A DNA stretch of 63,739 bases, filler included, from Asterionella formosa (Eukaryota): NCBI GenBank assembly GCA_002256025.1. It is 29 parts of 29 records of this genome, joined end to end, with 100 filler letters (N's around TTAATTAATTAA, not from the genome) between each part and the next. Parts side by side here need not be neighbours in the genome. Positions count along the whole stretch, not along the records: positions 11,334 to 27,884 come from NKIB01004820.1; positions 27,985 to 29,017 come from NKIB01004821.1; positions 29,118 to 45,659 come from NKIB01004822.1; 26 more parts are not named here. One strand, 5' to 3'. Made by a program: the position numbers and the translations under genes. The notes under the pieces are model-generated. The model was given only the letters and a program-made list of their open reading frames with translations, searched no databases and was not told the origin of the DNA. Positions within the stretch are counted from its first letter, which is position 1; each line of letters starts with the position of its first letter. Positions 22,295 through 34,437 of this stretch are shown here, piece after piece.

Positions 22295-23653
22295 TGTTAT
22301 GAATCACTAATGTATGATGTGTCAATCACTGTCTGTCTGACTGCTTGTATTTACACTCTATTTGTTTGTTCTATCTTAAAAAACAAACCCACTGTCAAAC
22401 CTCCTAAAGACCTTGTCAGGTTAGTTATCAGACTCACACCTTCAATCATCTCCTTTTCCATTGACCTTCTCAATCTCCTTTGTCCAGTCTTTCATAGCAT
22501 GTTATGAGCCCAAGTTATTCTTTTGCAATTCAAATTGATGAAACTGTCAACTTTTGACCGCCATTGTCCTTGTTATTTGAATCTATTTCTTTCTACTGTC
22601 CTCCATACTAAACAACTGATTCAGATTCATCGAACAAGCACTTTAGGGTTTTTTGTTTTGAAACAACAATAAGTCCTCAATCTTCAATCATTCCAAAGAA
22701 GGCGAATCACATTTACCAGTTTATCCTCATTTTCTAATCCATTCGGTGTTGTTTGTTCTACTAGTTTTCTGAGTAATTGCATTAATTATTTCTCATATTG
22801 TCTTGATCAGTGTGACAGTACATCTGATTACTATTTCCACCTTTGATTTATCCTCTATATGCATATTTTTATCAGTGCAACCAACTGCATCTTCGTGGAT
22901 GGCATTTTTAGAATGTCACTCCTCATTAGGTTCCGAACTAGCTGTTGCATCGTGCAGTTCTGCACCATGTTCACTCCTCTGACATCTGTTACTTCGTGCA
23001 GTTCCATCGCCATGTCAACATTATCTAAAAGAATTATGGTTACACATCTACATGGAAAAAATGTCCATTCCTTATCATAATGCAGTTTCCATTGGAGATG
23101 AAAACTTGGCTGCACAGATCATTGCACGTGCTGGTAACCTGAATCGTGATGTTTGCCATATTGCTACAAAGCAAAGGCTTTGCAATGACATGTCTGCCAT
23201 GGGTGAGTTAATTTTACTTGGATGTCGTCTGTTCATAATCTTGCAGATCATTTTACCAAGGCATATCCATCCATACACTGTGCGACTTGCCCATTGCATG
23301 ACCATGTTGTGTTATCAATTTATTGATGCTCCTCATCGTGCACTTGCCCCGCCCATGGATTCCGATTCATCTCTTCTTTGAGAATTACTGATTCTACTCT
23401 TTATATACTTTTTATTTTGAGGGGGGTGTTATGAATCACTAATGTATGATGTGTCAATCACTGTTGGCCTGTCTGAATTCTTGTATCTACACTCTATTTG
23501 TTCATTCTATCTTAAACTACTTTAATTACTCTTTTAACAAACCTACAGTCCAAACTCCTTTAGAGCTTGTTAGGATAGTTATCAGACTCACAGCTTCAAT
23601 CCTCTCATCGTTCGTTAGCCTTGTCAATCTCCTTCATTCAGTCTTTCATAGCA
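22295..23653 (+). mobile_element. Internally deleted Ty1/Copia element with both LTRs (22295-22499, 23427-23653), PBS, RNase H remnant and PPT
   Basis: Both LTRs run TGTTATGAATCACTAATG...CTTTCATAGCA. GTTATGAGCCCA follows the 5' LTR; GAGGGGGG precedes the 3' LTR. ENLAAQIIA...HIATK...NLADHFTKA remnant. No clear TSD. Confidence 0.9.
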
Positions 23654-24171
23654 TATGATCCCATTGTTTATCATGGTATGGGTTATAATCACTGGAACTA
23701 CATTGGTTGATTGAATTCTCGACTTGGCATGCTGAAAAGAAATCCGCTGTTTCGTGGATCTCGCGAGTCAACACTAGTTTGCTTGTGCAATTGGAATTGA
23801 AAGGGAGGAGGCAATGCGACAATTGGTGTTGACCACTGTACCATAAAAGGTAACTGCAATCCACTTATAGTGCTTATTGCAGTACATGCTGCAGTAGGCA
23901 CTGTTCGTTTCGTGTCTGAAAATAGGTGTCTTAGTGGGCTTGCCATAATACAATGCACAGCACAGCTGACTTCCATGAGGAATAGACTTATCCCCGTACA
24001 CCCGAAACATATTCATTGGAAAATAGGACACCACTTCAGTTGACATAATGTGGATTTCTTGATAAGCAGTGTTAATGCAAAATGTGTGCACTATTTAGTT
24101 TCACACAAATAAATGTACTGTCACTCAATCATGTATAATTGATATCCAGAACTTTAATGCAGTAAGAAAAT

Positions 24172-26178
24172 TCAACCCTTGGACTTTCTTGGCGACCTAG
24201 GTGACCTGTTGTTTAATGCGATGTCTTCGTACCTCGTGGGCTTTTGAACCGTTCTCCTTCCCCTTTCCAAGGCAGCCGTACCAAAGAGAAGCCCTAATTT
24301 ACTTTTGCTTATCAGGCCATGTTGGGCTTGAAATAGACATTCACTCAGGGGTGCGACAGTATGCACTTGAAGGGCCCCCTCAACTGAATGCAAGTTCTGG
24401 TAATTCTTTTTAATGTTGTTGCTATTCCTTTCATTTTGGCCCAAATTTTTTCTTGTATCTGACACTTCTGGAGTCCTTGCGACAGATTGATGGTCGATGG
24501 CTAAGTTGACAACCTTCGAAATTTCATCCAAACAAACGACATCACGGGTTTCCTCCTCCATCAAATGTCGCCCGTCCGTTTCTGAGTTGACAGCTTCAGG
24601 AAAGTATTTTCCCCCTTCGGTTTCAACAGCCGGAGCTGTGAACAACTCCACGGAATGTGTCTTGTGATCGTCGGAGTTAATCGAATAGTTTCTTGGATTC
24701 GTGTCGTCGCCACTATCCTGCCGAAATTCGTGCAAGCCACGGTGGGTGTCAAGATCTGTAGGCTCGCCAACCTCTCGAGAAACACATCGCTTGAGGAGAT
24801 GTGAATCTATTGAATCTTCAAGCACAAGGTGGTCTCGTTCTTTTTCCGTATGTATTGTTTGCTGCTCGGGGGGAAGGAGGAATAATTCTACAGATCGCCG
24901 ATTGTGGAGCAACATATCAGGCAATTCAGAAGATTCAGATTGCACGTTTACAGATACCCATCCGTTTCCCCACTTGACAATTTTCCCCACACGGTTGACA
25001 AATGGACCCAGCCCGATTAGTACATATTTGTCAAACCATTGGTCAGATGAAATCGAGCCCAGAAGAGGATACGAACACTTAATAAGCTGAGGAGGAAGCT
25101 TTGCATTCTCCATTTCACTTCGTGACGATGCGACCGAACAAGCATCTTCTAGAGCCAATAGTTGAGACTCGTCGCCAGCACGACGTGGGGTGTCTGCCTG
25201 ATATAAAGGCGATTCAGTGACATGTAACAAGTCCGGAATAGGAGGACATCCTTCGATCTCATTCTGTGCTGTCGATCCTATCTTGCTTGTCTTAGGTGTA
25301 GAACCACTACCTCCTCGTCTAGGGGGAGGGTTCGCGTCATAGTCAGCATGCAGAAAGCAATACTTACTTGAAGTCACAGATACGTATGCACATGGTCGCC
25401 CTCTTGTCGTTGTCGCTAGGCAGCGCACATCATCATCACACCCTGTGTATCGCTTGTCTTGGCGGGCACTAATTGGAACCTGAATGCTGCTTTCTGACTG
25501 CACAGTGCCCTCAGACAAGCAACCATCCGTACCAATAGTTTGTACACGAGCACCAGGACTTATGTATTGCTGATAATGAAGCTTGCAATACTTGCTACCG
25601 TTATAACATGGTTGTCGACGACAAAACGAATTATTTCTTGAAGTACGACCATGACAACCTCCAGGCAAGGGAGCAGCCAGGGGGAGATGGTGAATCCGCC
25701 TAGGGTTGCTGTCTGGAAGTTCTCTAGGTGTGACTAGCCCAGTAGGTGTTACTGGAGGAGGACCAAACGCAAGAGGGAAGTGCACTATGCTACCGGTACT
25801 AATTTCCGAGTTTACGTTGTGCAAACGAGAGTTTCGTTGGTCGGTTTCAGTTTCACCTTGAGGCCCTGACATCGTCGACAGTGTCAGCGGGAAGCGGGCA
25901 GTTGCCGCTGCAACAATAGCCAAGGCAGCGATTCTGTCGGTGCTCTGCCTGTTATACGAATCGCTGTAAGCCGGCGAAGGTGTTACAGTTTCAGAACTTG
26001 TGTAGTATTCATTGGATAGAGGTGTTCTCTCCCAAGAGGGCGTGGATTCCAAGATAAGACGCCGTTTCTTGAAGGGCAACAAGCCTCTCCGCTGTATTGA
26101 ATTTGAATCTATGCTCCTTGTCAGAACTTCGTTCCCTAGGACAGACCCAAAAGTAATATCTGCATTGCTGTGCATCAT
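24172..26178 (-). CDS. Putative nuclear protein with two C3H zinc-finger-like motifs and a KOW/Tudor-like domain (start uncertain)
   Basis: Long ORF. CHGRTSRNNSFC...KYCKLH and CLATTTRGRPC...KYCFLH; VLIGLGPFVNRVGKIVKWGNGWVSV; basic motif PFKKRR. First in-frame ATG at 26178. Confidence 0.8.
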   Translation of the reverse strand: MMHSNADITFGSVLGNEVLTRSIDSNSIQRRGLLPFKKRRLILESTPSWERTPLSNEYYTSSETVTPSPAYSDSYNRQSTDRIAALAIVAAATARFPLTLSTMSGPQGETETDQRNSRLHNVNSEISTGSIVHFPLAFGPPPVTPTGLVTPRELPDSNPRRIHHLPLAAPLPGGCHGRTSRNNSFCRRQPCYNGSKYCKLHYQQYISPGARVQTIGTDGCLSEGTVQSESSIQVPISARQDKRYTGCDDDVRCLATTTRGRPCAYVSVTSSKYCFLHADYDANPPPRRGGSGSTPKTSKIGSTAQNEIEGCPPIPDLLHVTESPLYQADTPRRAGDESQLLALEDACSVASSRSEMENAKLPPQLIKCSYPLLGSISSDQWFDKYVLIGLGPFVNRVGKIVKWGNGWVSVNVQSESSELPDMLLHNRRSVELFLLPPEQQTIHTEKERDHLVLEDSIDSHLLKRCVSREVGEPTDLDTHRGLHEFRQDSGDDTNPRNYSINSDDHKTHSVELFTAPAVETEGGKYFPEAVNSETDGRHLMEEETRDVVCLDEISKVVNLAIDHQSVARTPEVSDTRKNLGQNERNSNNIKKNYQNLHSVEGALQVHTVAPLSECLFQAQHGLISKSKLGLLFGTAALERGRRTVQKPTRYEDIALNNRSPRSPRKSKG

Positions 26179-27805
26179 TGCCACTGAGATCAATGCTGGA
26201 GTGGTAGAACGTACAATCACTTGATTTGAGTCACCGGCACAGGGACTCGCCAAGATTCGGTAGCTCTACTACAACAGAGACTGATAGAATCCCAGAATTG
26301 TACCTTGAAGGAACTTGACTGAGAGCTTGCTCGGCGCTACCTCTTCGAATAAGATCTTAGTGGAAAGTTCTGCAAAGAAGAAGCGAGCTAGTCTAGGGAA
26401 AGTAGATGCGGACCCAGGAACAGTAGGGCAAAAAAGGAATCCTTTTCTCACGTTGAGGGCAGTACAGAACAAATGCGTTGCTGCAATGTATTCAGCTTCT
26501 CTTACAACAGGTTGCTCGGAGTTCAACACTGCAGAGCTCTAGAGATTCTTCAAGAATGCGTAGTGACTCTCAATAGCTGAAAGTTTCGTTCGAAACTGGT
26601 GGCACTTGTCTTGGTTGGCGACAACGAAGCGAAATGAATTTGCAGAAGTATGCTAGGCCGTTATAGCTTTGTTCCTGGCCATCATGTACGGTACATGGTG
26701 TATATTAGAAGGGCTGATCCAGGTGCGGTTTTACGTATGTACGCGTATATCAAATGTCATCTTAGTTTCTCAAGGTGCTGCCACTGATGATGCTGCCTGG
26801 CTGGGGGCCGAGGACAGAGGAGGAGGTCCCATATATAGATTCAAGCTTGCGGCTGTCAGTGAACCGAAGTACCGGTATTTGCTGGCTTGACGGCAAGAAC
26901 ATATTCTATGTAGGATATCTTCTGGTATACTTTCTACTCATATCATGTGGTAGGACCGTATACTCCGACAACTCCGGGTGCCACGTATGGAACACATGCG
27001 AACGCTTCATTGCACAAGGTACCAGGTAGTCTAGTACAAGGTACCTGGTAGCTGGTACCAGTACCATGTAGCTGTTTGCACCTGGGTGTCGTTCGTCATC
27101 ATCACAGCGCTGCCTCGTCCTTCGCCTCCCTCCCTCACTCCGCCCGCCCATGGTTCTTGTCATTTCCCATACTATGGATACATACGTATGAAAGGTTCGA
27201 GGAAACAAGGCGGTTCTTACGACAAAGCGAAAAAAGGTAGAGTTCTCATTTCTAATACGCACATGACATGCTGCTCTACCTGGTAGCAGTAGGTACCCTG
27301 GTACCAGGTACCACCAGGATACCAGCAAGTTGCGGTCATTTTGTTGCTGAAATTGACAACGTGACGCAGGACAGGCGTTTTTACATAAGAAAACCTCATC
27401 AATTCACTCTTTAAAATCGTCTACCGGTTTATGCATGGTGATTTGAAATCTCACCACCATCACGCTTCCATCATTCCCATCTCACAATGACTCCATTTGC
27501 GGCGTCTATACAAGCAATCAAATCTAAGCTAATAAATAATTTGATACACATTTTTACTTTACTTCAATCATTTTATTGTGTAGACGTCTTTGTAGTCATT
27601 GTACAGCTACATCTAAGCCGCGTATTACGTGAAGTGACCATCACGTAAATAAGCCTAGTTGATTTTGAATGGATCACATGAATTAGTTGAATACATCAAA
27701 ATGCTTACTTGAATATATCTATATATTATCTGAATACATCACGTTAATTATTTGATGAGAGTATCATGCATGCATTCCTGATCATCACTATATTACGTGA
27801 TCACC

Positions 27806-27884
27806 TTCACATAATTATTTGAAATACTTCACATAATTATTTGAAATACTTCACATAATTATTTGAAATACTTCACATAATTAT
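27806..27884 (+). repeat. 22-bp tandem repeat (about 3.5 copies, runs off the contig)
   Basis: TTCACATAATTATTTGAAATAC units, with degenerate versions from about 27640. Confidence 0.9.
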
Positions 27885-27984
27885 NNNNNNNNNNNNNNNN
27901 NNNNNNNNNNNNNNNNNNNNNNNNNNNNTTAATTAATTAANNNNNNNNNNNNNNNNNNNNNNNNNNNNNNNNNNNNNNNNNNNN

Positions 27985-29017
27985 TTAGTTTTAGTTTAAT
28001 CTTATAATTAAGAAACAGTGAGAATTGACAGAGTAAGGTCAATAGCGAAAACTAGCACGAAGGCTAGCAGCAGAAAGAAGATAACAATACTAGTGGTATA
28101 GCAGGTAAGTTCTACGTAAGAGGAACCCGTCAGACGGGAAGGAGTACGAGACCTTTCAACACGCTTTAAAGCGTTCACTTTAAGGCCACAGGCTACTCAG
28201 GAACCATGGGAAGTGACGAAGACACGTCAGTGAGGTTGCCGACATTCGATGGGCAAGATGCTAAATGGCACATGTGGAAAGCGAAGTTTCTTGCATACGC
28301 GTGCTACAAGAACTTTCAAGGAATACTTAACGGTGACGAACTACCAAGAGGAGAGAAAGACCTAAAGGGCGATACGATCGTGTTGTCGGATGCTGACAAG
28401 AGACGCATCCGAAGGAGTAACACAGTTGCTTACGCAAGTCTGATAATGGCATGCCAGAGTGGGCCATTCGGACACGTAAATAATGCAAGAAGTGCCGAGT
28501 TTCCTAACGGCAATGCTAAAGAAGCATGGGACAAGCTCATTTCTACGTATGAGTCAGGCAACATGGCGAATGTCATTGCCTTGTCCCACCAATGGACGAA
28601 GTGCACTCTAGGGGAAAACGAGAACCCCGACAGCTGGTATGTGGAGTTGGATCGAATCCGGAAACGATTGGACGAAAGTTGAAGCAAAGAAAACGAACAA
28701 AGGAAAGAACAAACAATGGAATAATCAAAATGGTGAGTTTGAAAATAATTATGTGATTGTCGATATCAATGAAGCGCATGCGATGCTTGGTCATGTGGGC
28801 GAGAAATGTTTGCACGATACGGCGAAATTATTTGGATGGAAGTTGAGCGGCATCATGACAGTGTGCGCAGGCTGTGCGGCAGCGAAAGCGAAAGCACGAG
28901 CCGTCCCAAAAACAACGCAAGAAAAATCGACGGTACCTGGAGAGAGACTGTTTGTGGACATCAGCGGACCCTACGCGAAATCCGCTGTTGGCAATCAGTA
29001 CTGGGTCATGGCAGTGG
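27985..29017 (+). mobile_element. Ty1/Copia 5' part: LTR end, gag N-terminus (28206-28682), internal deletion, GAG-pre-integrase and integrase start
   Basis: LPTFDGQDAKWHMWKAKFLAYA...NAKEAWDKL (gag). HAMLGH...CAGC and PGERLFVDISGP...YWVMAV (HHCC and first catalytic Asp). Zinc knuckle and protease are missing. Confidence 0.9.
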
Positions 29018-32000
29018 NNNNNNNNNNNNNNNNNNNNNNNNNNNNNNNNNNNNNNNNNNNNTTAATTAATTAANNNNNNNNNNNNNNNNNNNNNNNNNNN
29101 NNNNNNNNNNNNNNNNNAGTTGGTAGATGCTACGTATCTGTAGCTCTCACGCAGTAAAATTTGCTAGAAAAATGTTTCTACACAATTTGTTTGTTTTACT
29201 TTGTTTGCTAATAATTGTTTTTATAAAAGAGTGAGCTTAATGTAAATGTAAATTTGAATGTATGATTTTGAAACTTCCAAGCTCATGCATGTTTCAAAAT
29301 AGAGGTGATCTTCGGAGGCGAGGTTCATTTGTGTTCCCAACTTGAACTGAGAATAAACTACATCCTCTTCCTAAATACACATTTGTCTTAATCTTGGCCT
29401 GTCTCAACTTTGGCCAGATGCTGTTGGATCGAAGACTGCTTACAGAATGATCCTGTTAATCATAACTAGATCATATCTAGTTTGCTTCTTTAATGTTCCT
29501 TGATGTTGCGGACATATCTGTAATTGTCTAGTCAATCATTTATTGATTTGGCTTCTAGGTCTGATCGTCTTCTAGAGTCCATTTAACAGGTTAGAGAGAA
29601 CTTCTCCTGAAAGTTCCTCTCTCAACTGTGGCATTTTACACGCGATATTTAACCATGTAATCTTGAATCAATCATTTAGTGGATTGTGGTACATGTTCCT
29701 AATCAGGTCACTAGAGGCGAAAATATATTGACACTCATAACCTGATCAGGAATCAGGAATCTCTATGTGTTTCAACTTACTGTACATATACACGAATATA
29801 TCTTTTAGTAATGGAAAGTGGAAACACGATATAAACAGCTGCAGTGCAAATCACGACGAACCCAATCATCACCAGCCAGGCACAGAGAAAAACGTTTACC
29901 AAAAATGTTTCATTCTACTGATGTGTGCTCTACAAATTAATTTCATATCCTGTTGGTTTTACTGTTAGAAGCAGTTGGTGGTCTACTACAAATCCATTGA
30001 TTGCTTCAACATACATAAATATGTATTGGTCATGCATATTTCCACCATAATGTGCCTGCTGTTCACCATTGAATGACTTTACCAGAAGGATGTTCCAATA
30101 TTTCTCCACTACTCCCCTTCATTCAAGCTGTTAACTAATGTAAGGGTGCCACAAGATTACCCAGGTTTGCTGTGGAATCAATCTGAAAATTTTGAACAAT
30201 TACAAAGAAGTATCTCATCAATTCATTTACCTGGTTTCTGTGATGCAATAATCTCCCCTTTCTACTATTTTGCTGCCATGGGACATATCCCCCCTATCTG
30301 CAGTGTTCCAGTGATAAGTGGCTGGTGAAAAGAAGAAAGATACCCAACATCACAATCTCCCTCCCACCATAGTGTAGGGTTCTTGTACAGGCTGGCAAAG
30401 GAAGTCCTTGGTTGTTGGGAGAGTAAAATAATAGAGAAAACCCCATGATATTATGATACTTTTGTTGGTGCTGTGAGCATCTGTGTATGTTACTATCTTA
30501 AAAGTTTTGTCGCATACCGGAATACAATGCTAAGTATGTACCGATATGGCTGTTGTTCAATTCACCTTATCATCATCAATCAGCAATTCCCGCTCCAGCT
30601 ATCGTCTTGCCATTCGGGTACTTCTAAGTAATTTTTAGGCTCTAAGTAATTTCTTAAGTAATTTTTATTTAAGGGCAATATGTGGCACATCGAATTTTTC
30701 GGCAATAAAATTGCCGATTTTAGCATGACAACCAGAATAACGGTAATATGCATAGAGATGGTACAACAAGCGTAAAACACACGAGAATGATTGTAACATG
30801 CAACATCAATGAAAATTGAACATGATGTTTGGAGCAACCAAAGTATGAAATGAGATGTAATAAGTAGCATCAAATGAGAAATAGAAAAAATTGTTTTGGG
30901 TTAGAAAAAAAAATAAGAGTTCCAATGGAGACGTAGCTATGCATTGTGAATCATTGTAGTACTTACAGCCACACCAGGCAACATTGACTTTCCATCGCCA
31001 TACAATCGAAGACCGAAAGAAGAAGAAAAAGAGCTCAACCCAATGTATACCTGAATGGTCTGGTTGCTGCAACCATGCGCATCGCTGTAGTAGCCTGACA
31101 CCAGCCAGTAGCAGTATTTCCGCCACAGTCATTCCTCTCGCTCCGCCCACCAAACCGGCAACCCTGATCATTCCATTCTGAGCAAGCATGATCGCCACAC
31201 TGCTCCAGCACTATTGACTCTCTCTAGCTGAGTATTCATGTAGCTTCTGATACGAACTCGCAGTAGAAATGTAGCAAAGCGCGTTAGTACAAGAAAAGCA
31301 TTGCTTGGCGGCAATATTGACATCATTGTCAATGACTATACAAATCAACAAATACGATCAACAACGGCACAATACCACATCATCAAAGAGTAGTCATTGA
31401 TAAATGCATTGGTTCTCATGTAGATATGTACAATCGAAACAAAACGACAGTGCGTAACGACAAACAACGATGGAAGCGATCAAAACAAACCACGGAAGCA
31501 ATCAAATCGGAAAGTCGATAAATACGATCTACAATCCACATTCAGTGTTTCACTGTTGTACTTACCGATCCGCTTCAACTAGCATAACAAGCAGCAAACG
31601 ATGGGATCAAAGAAAGACGAACGTTGCCTATTGCAAGCCCGAATAGAGCAAAGGCAGGCAAGATAGAGTGAGAACTATATTTGTGAGGACGAAATCGGGC
31701 ATACGGTACGTAAAATCAATGAATATGTGAACGATATAATTCAACATTTCAGGTCTCGTAAAAATAATACCGAGTCTACAGAGAGAATATTATTACGTGT
31801 TCAAAGTAAGCGTTAAAGCATAGCTTAAACCATGCATGGTTGTTTTTAGTACCACGTACGTATGTAGACTAGATGACTGCCGGTAACCGGTAGAATATCG
31901 GTTAAGCATCATTACATACATGACCGGAGCAAAAACTTGCCACCAACATCAGATGTATCGATATCATCATGAGTCCGACGAAATATGGACGATGCGACTA

Positions 32001-32274
32001 CATGAATGCCTCGAGAAGACAAGCAATCCAACAATCAACCGCATCCTTTAGGCAAAGAATCGCTACTGGCGTCATCGTGGAACTGATTTCGCTTCAAACC
32101 GGTCATGATGGACGACGATTGGCATGGTGAAAGGTGAATTGCCGGAGTCCACTTTTCAGGAGACGAACAAAAACGAGGTGAATTCTAGATATAAATTATT
32201 AGAATCTGAATAGTATATAAAATGGTTTCCTTAAGTAGACCCCTTGCCGATTTCGGCAATCCCAGGGCTGGAAA

Positions 32275-32692
32275 ACCGAGGGGCAATTGGCGTCTGTTGT
32301 CTTGCCAAAATGCGAACATATGAAACATACAAAATATATTCTAATGATGGGCAATACCTGGACCTTTGGCAATTTTCGAGGTGAATATAGGAAATATCCA
32401 AAATATATTTTATATGATGGGCAATAGTAGGCTAAAATTGACATTTATGCTAAATTTGTGGGCAGTAGGTAAGCGAATGACGCGACGATAGCTAGAGTGG
32501 GAATTGCCTCAACAATACCCTTCTCGGCGGCTACTTGCCTTCTCGTATCCATGTGTACTCGACTGGGATGGCACTCGTAGGGTGACCTTCTCGCAGCGCC
32601 GGGGGCGCCACTCGTACGGTCAACCTACTCGCGCCACCCAGCCTCGAACACATGCATACTCGCAGGCAAGAGACCACCTCGGGCGTGTATTG
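32275..32692 (-). repeat. Dispersed structured repeat, copy B: CGAG-periodic rod hairpin plus ATTGCCC(ATCAT) repeats
   Basis: Ten CTCG on the plus strand, arranged symmetrically about GCGCC-GGG-GGCGC. Homologous to about 12795-13210. Confidence 0.85.
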
Positions 32693-32908
32693 CCTTCAGC
32701 ACGAGATCCCAAAACGCGTTTCGCTTTCTAATAATAATTTAAATCATTGTCTGGTTCCACCTCATTTTCTTTAATACCGTTAGTCTATGTATACCGCTAT
32801 ATTATTTCTTACCAAGTATAGCAACAAAATAGAATTTCAAATCATACGTTCACTTTTTCGGAATTTATATGCTCTACAACTTTTCTAAAACCGTTTTCTC
32901 AACTAGCC

Positions 32909-34294
32909 ATGAAGAAATCGCAAACGCTCACCATGAGAATTCAATTCATATGGCTCGGATTCATGATTTCTTGTGCATTTCTATACAATGTCATTCGATT
33001 GGATAATTTGTCCTTGGGCTACGTTCCATTCATTCTTGATGGTCTGTCACCTCCAAGTAGTGTCGTCTACCTCTCCCTTCCGCCAAAAGAGACTGAGACG
33101 GCTCACATCTATCATTGGGAATGGCACCCTCCACGCCATGAACGATTTCCTTCTGTTGACAAGAGAGTTCAGGTTTATATGTCCAACTGGTACCTTCCTC
33201 CCTGTTCGAATGAAACAAAATTTCTGCACACCTTCAAGGTGCCTCCGAATGAGCAGGGCTTCGCCGTCTTGGAGATTCAAGGGAAGAAATTCCCTCCGAC
33301 AAATTTTACCAGTCATATTGCTTCCGATCTACCGGTTCTTCTAAATAGAGTGGCTATGATGGAATGTGTTCGATTCGAGAAACCAACTGATTGGGGAAAA
33401 AGCTTGGGACGATCACATAATCTCAAATATTATACTCAAGATAGCTTTCAGTTGTTTGATCTGGTTGGAAACACTGTGCCGGTGTTGGCAAAATTCGGAG
33501 ATAGTAGGACCATCATGAAAGTACCCATCTTTGCCAAGTGGAGATGGTTGGCTGATGAGGAGGCCCTGAACGATGTTACACTTTCAACATGTAGTGGAAA
33601 CAGGAGATCGGACCTTTCCATCAATGGCGTCCCAAACAAGTCTCCGGCTCCCATTATATGGAAGCTTAATCAAATCAGACACTGGCACCCGCTCCAGACT
33701 ACACGAACCCTGGATGTCCCGTGGGAAGATAAAATCCCACTTGCAGTGTGGAGAGGTTCGTATACAGGCAAATGCATTCGAAACGGTCACATTCAAAACG
33801 AGGATGAGTGCTTGGCGAACCCACGATGTCGATTTGTTTATGATCATGTTCATTCAACTCTAGTTGACGCAGGCTTTTTATCTACCACCAAGATTGTTGA
33901 ACTTTTTGATGTTGCAGTTCGAAAGGATAGACTTGACATGCAGGCCTTGCTCAAGTATAAGGTTATTATCAGTCTTGAGGGAAATGATGTTGCTTCCGGA
34001 TTAAAATGGCAACTCTTGAGCCAATCAGTTGTTATGATGCCTCCCCCTACTCGAACATCTTGGGCAATGGAAGAGCTTCTCATACCATGGGTACATTATG
34101 TCCCCATCCATCTGAATGGGAGCAATGCAGAAGAACGTGTTCAATGGGTACTCGAACATGATGAGGATGCTAGAAAGATTGCTGAACGTGGTTCTCTGTT
34201 CATGCATGACCTGACACTGCATCCATTAGCATCGAATGAGGAAATGGAAGTAATGACAGAGATGGCACGAAGATATCGTGACTTGTGGCACTAG
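32909..34294 (+). CDS. Glycosyltransferase family 90 (CAP10/KDELC-like), type II membrane
   Basis: PWEDKIPLAVWRGS; KYKVIISLEGNDVASGLKWQLLSQSVV; LIPWVHYVPI; HDEDARKIAERG; N-terminal TM. Intronless 461 aa. Confidence 0.92.
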   Translation: MKKSQTLTMRIQFIWLGFMISCAFLYNVIRLDNLSLGYVPFILDGLSPPSSVVYLSLPPKETETAHIYHWEWHPPRHERFPSVDKRVQVYMSNWYLPPCSNETKFLHTFKVPPNEQGFAVLEIQGKKFPPTNFTSHIASDLPVLLNRVAMMECVRFEKPTDWGKSLGRSHNLKYYTQDSFQLFDLVGNTVPVLAKFGDSRTIMKVPIFAKWRWLADEEALNDVTLSTCSGNRRSDLSINGVPNKSPAPIIWKLNQIRHWHPLQTTRTLDVPWEDKIPLAVWRGSYTGKCIRNGHIQNEDECLANPRCRFVYDHVHSTLVDAGFLSTTKIVELFDVAVRKDRLDMQALLKYKVIISLEGNDVASGLKWQLLSQSVVMMPPPTRTSWAMEELLIPWVHYVPIHLNGSNAEERVQWVLEHDEDARKIAERGSLFMHDLTLHPLASNEEMEVMTEMARRYRDLWH

Positions 34295-34437
34295 TTGAAG
34301 TGGAATAGCTACCGACAACAATGCACGAAATCACGAACGCCTTCCTTTGCTGAAGATTGCAAATTATGGAGTATTCGTTCAATCCGAGCATAAGACGAAA
34401 GAATATCTAGAAATCCGTCAACTATATCCAAACATAG

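Noticed and set aside
29118..32200. Scattered short ORFs and small inverted repeats
   Set aside because: No recognisable domain or element boundary; probably decayed repeats.
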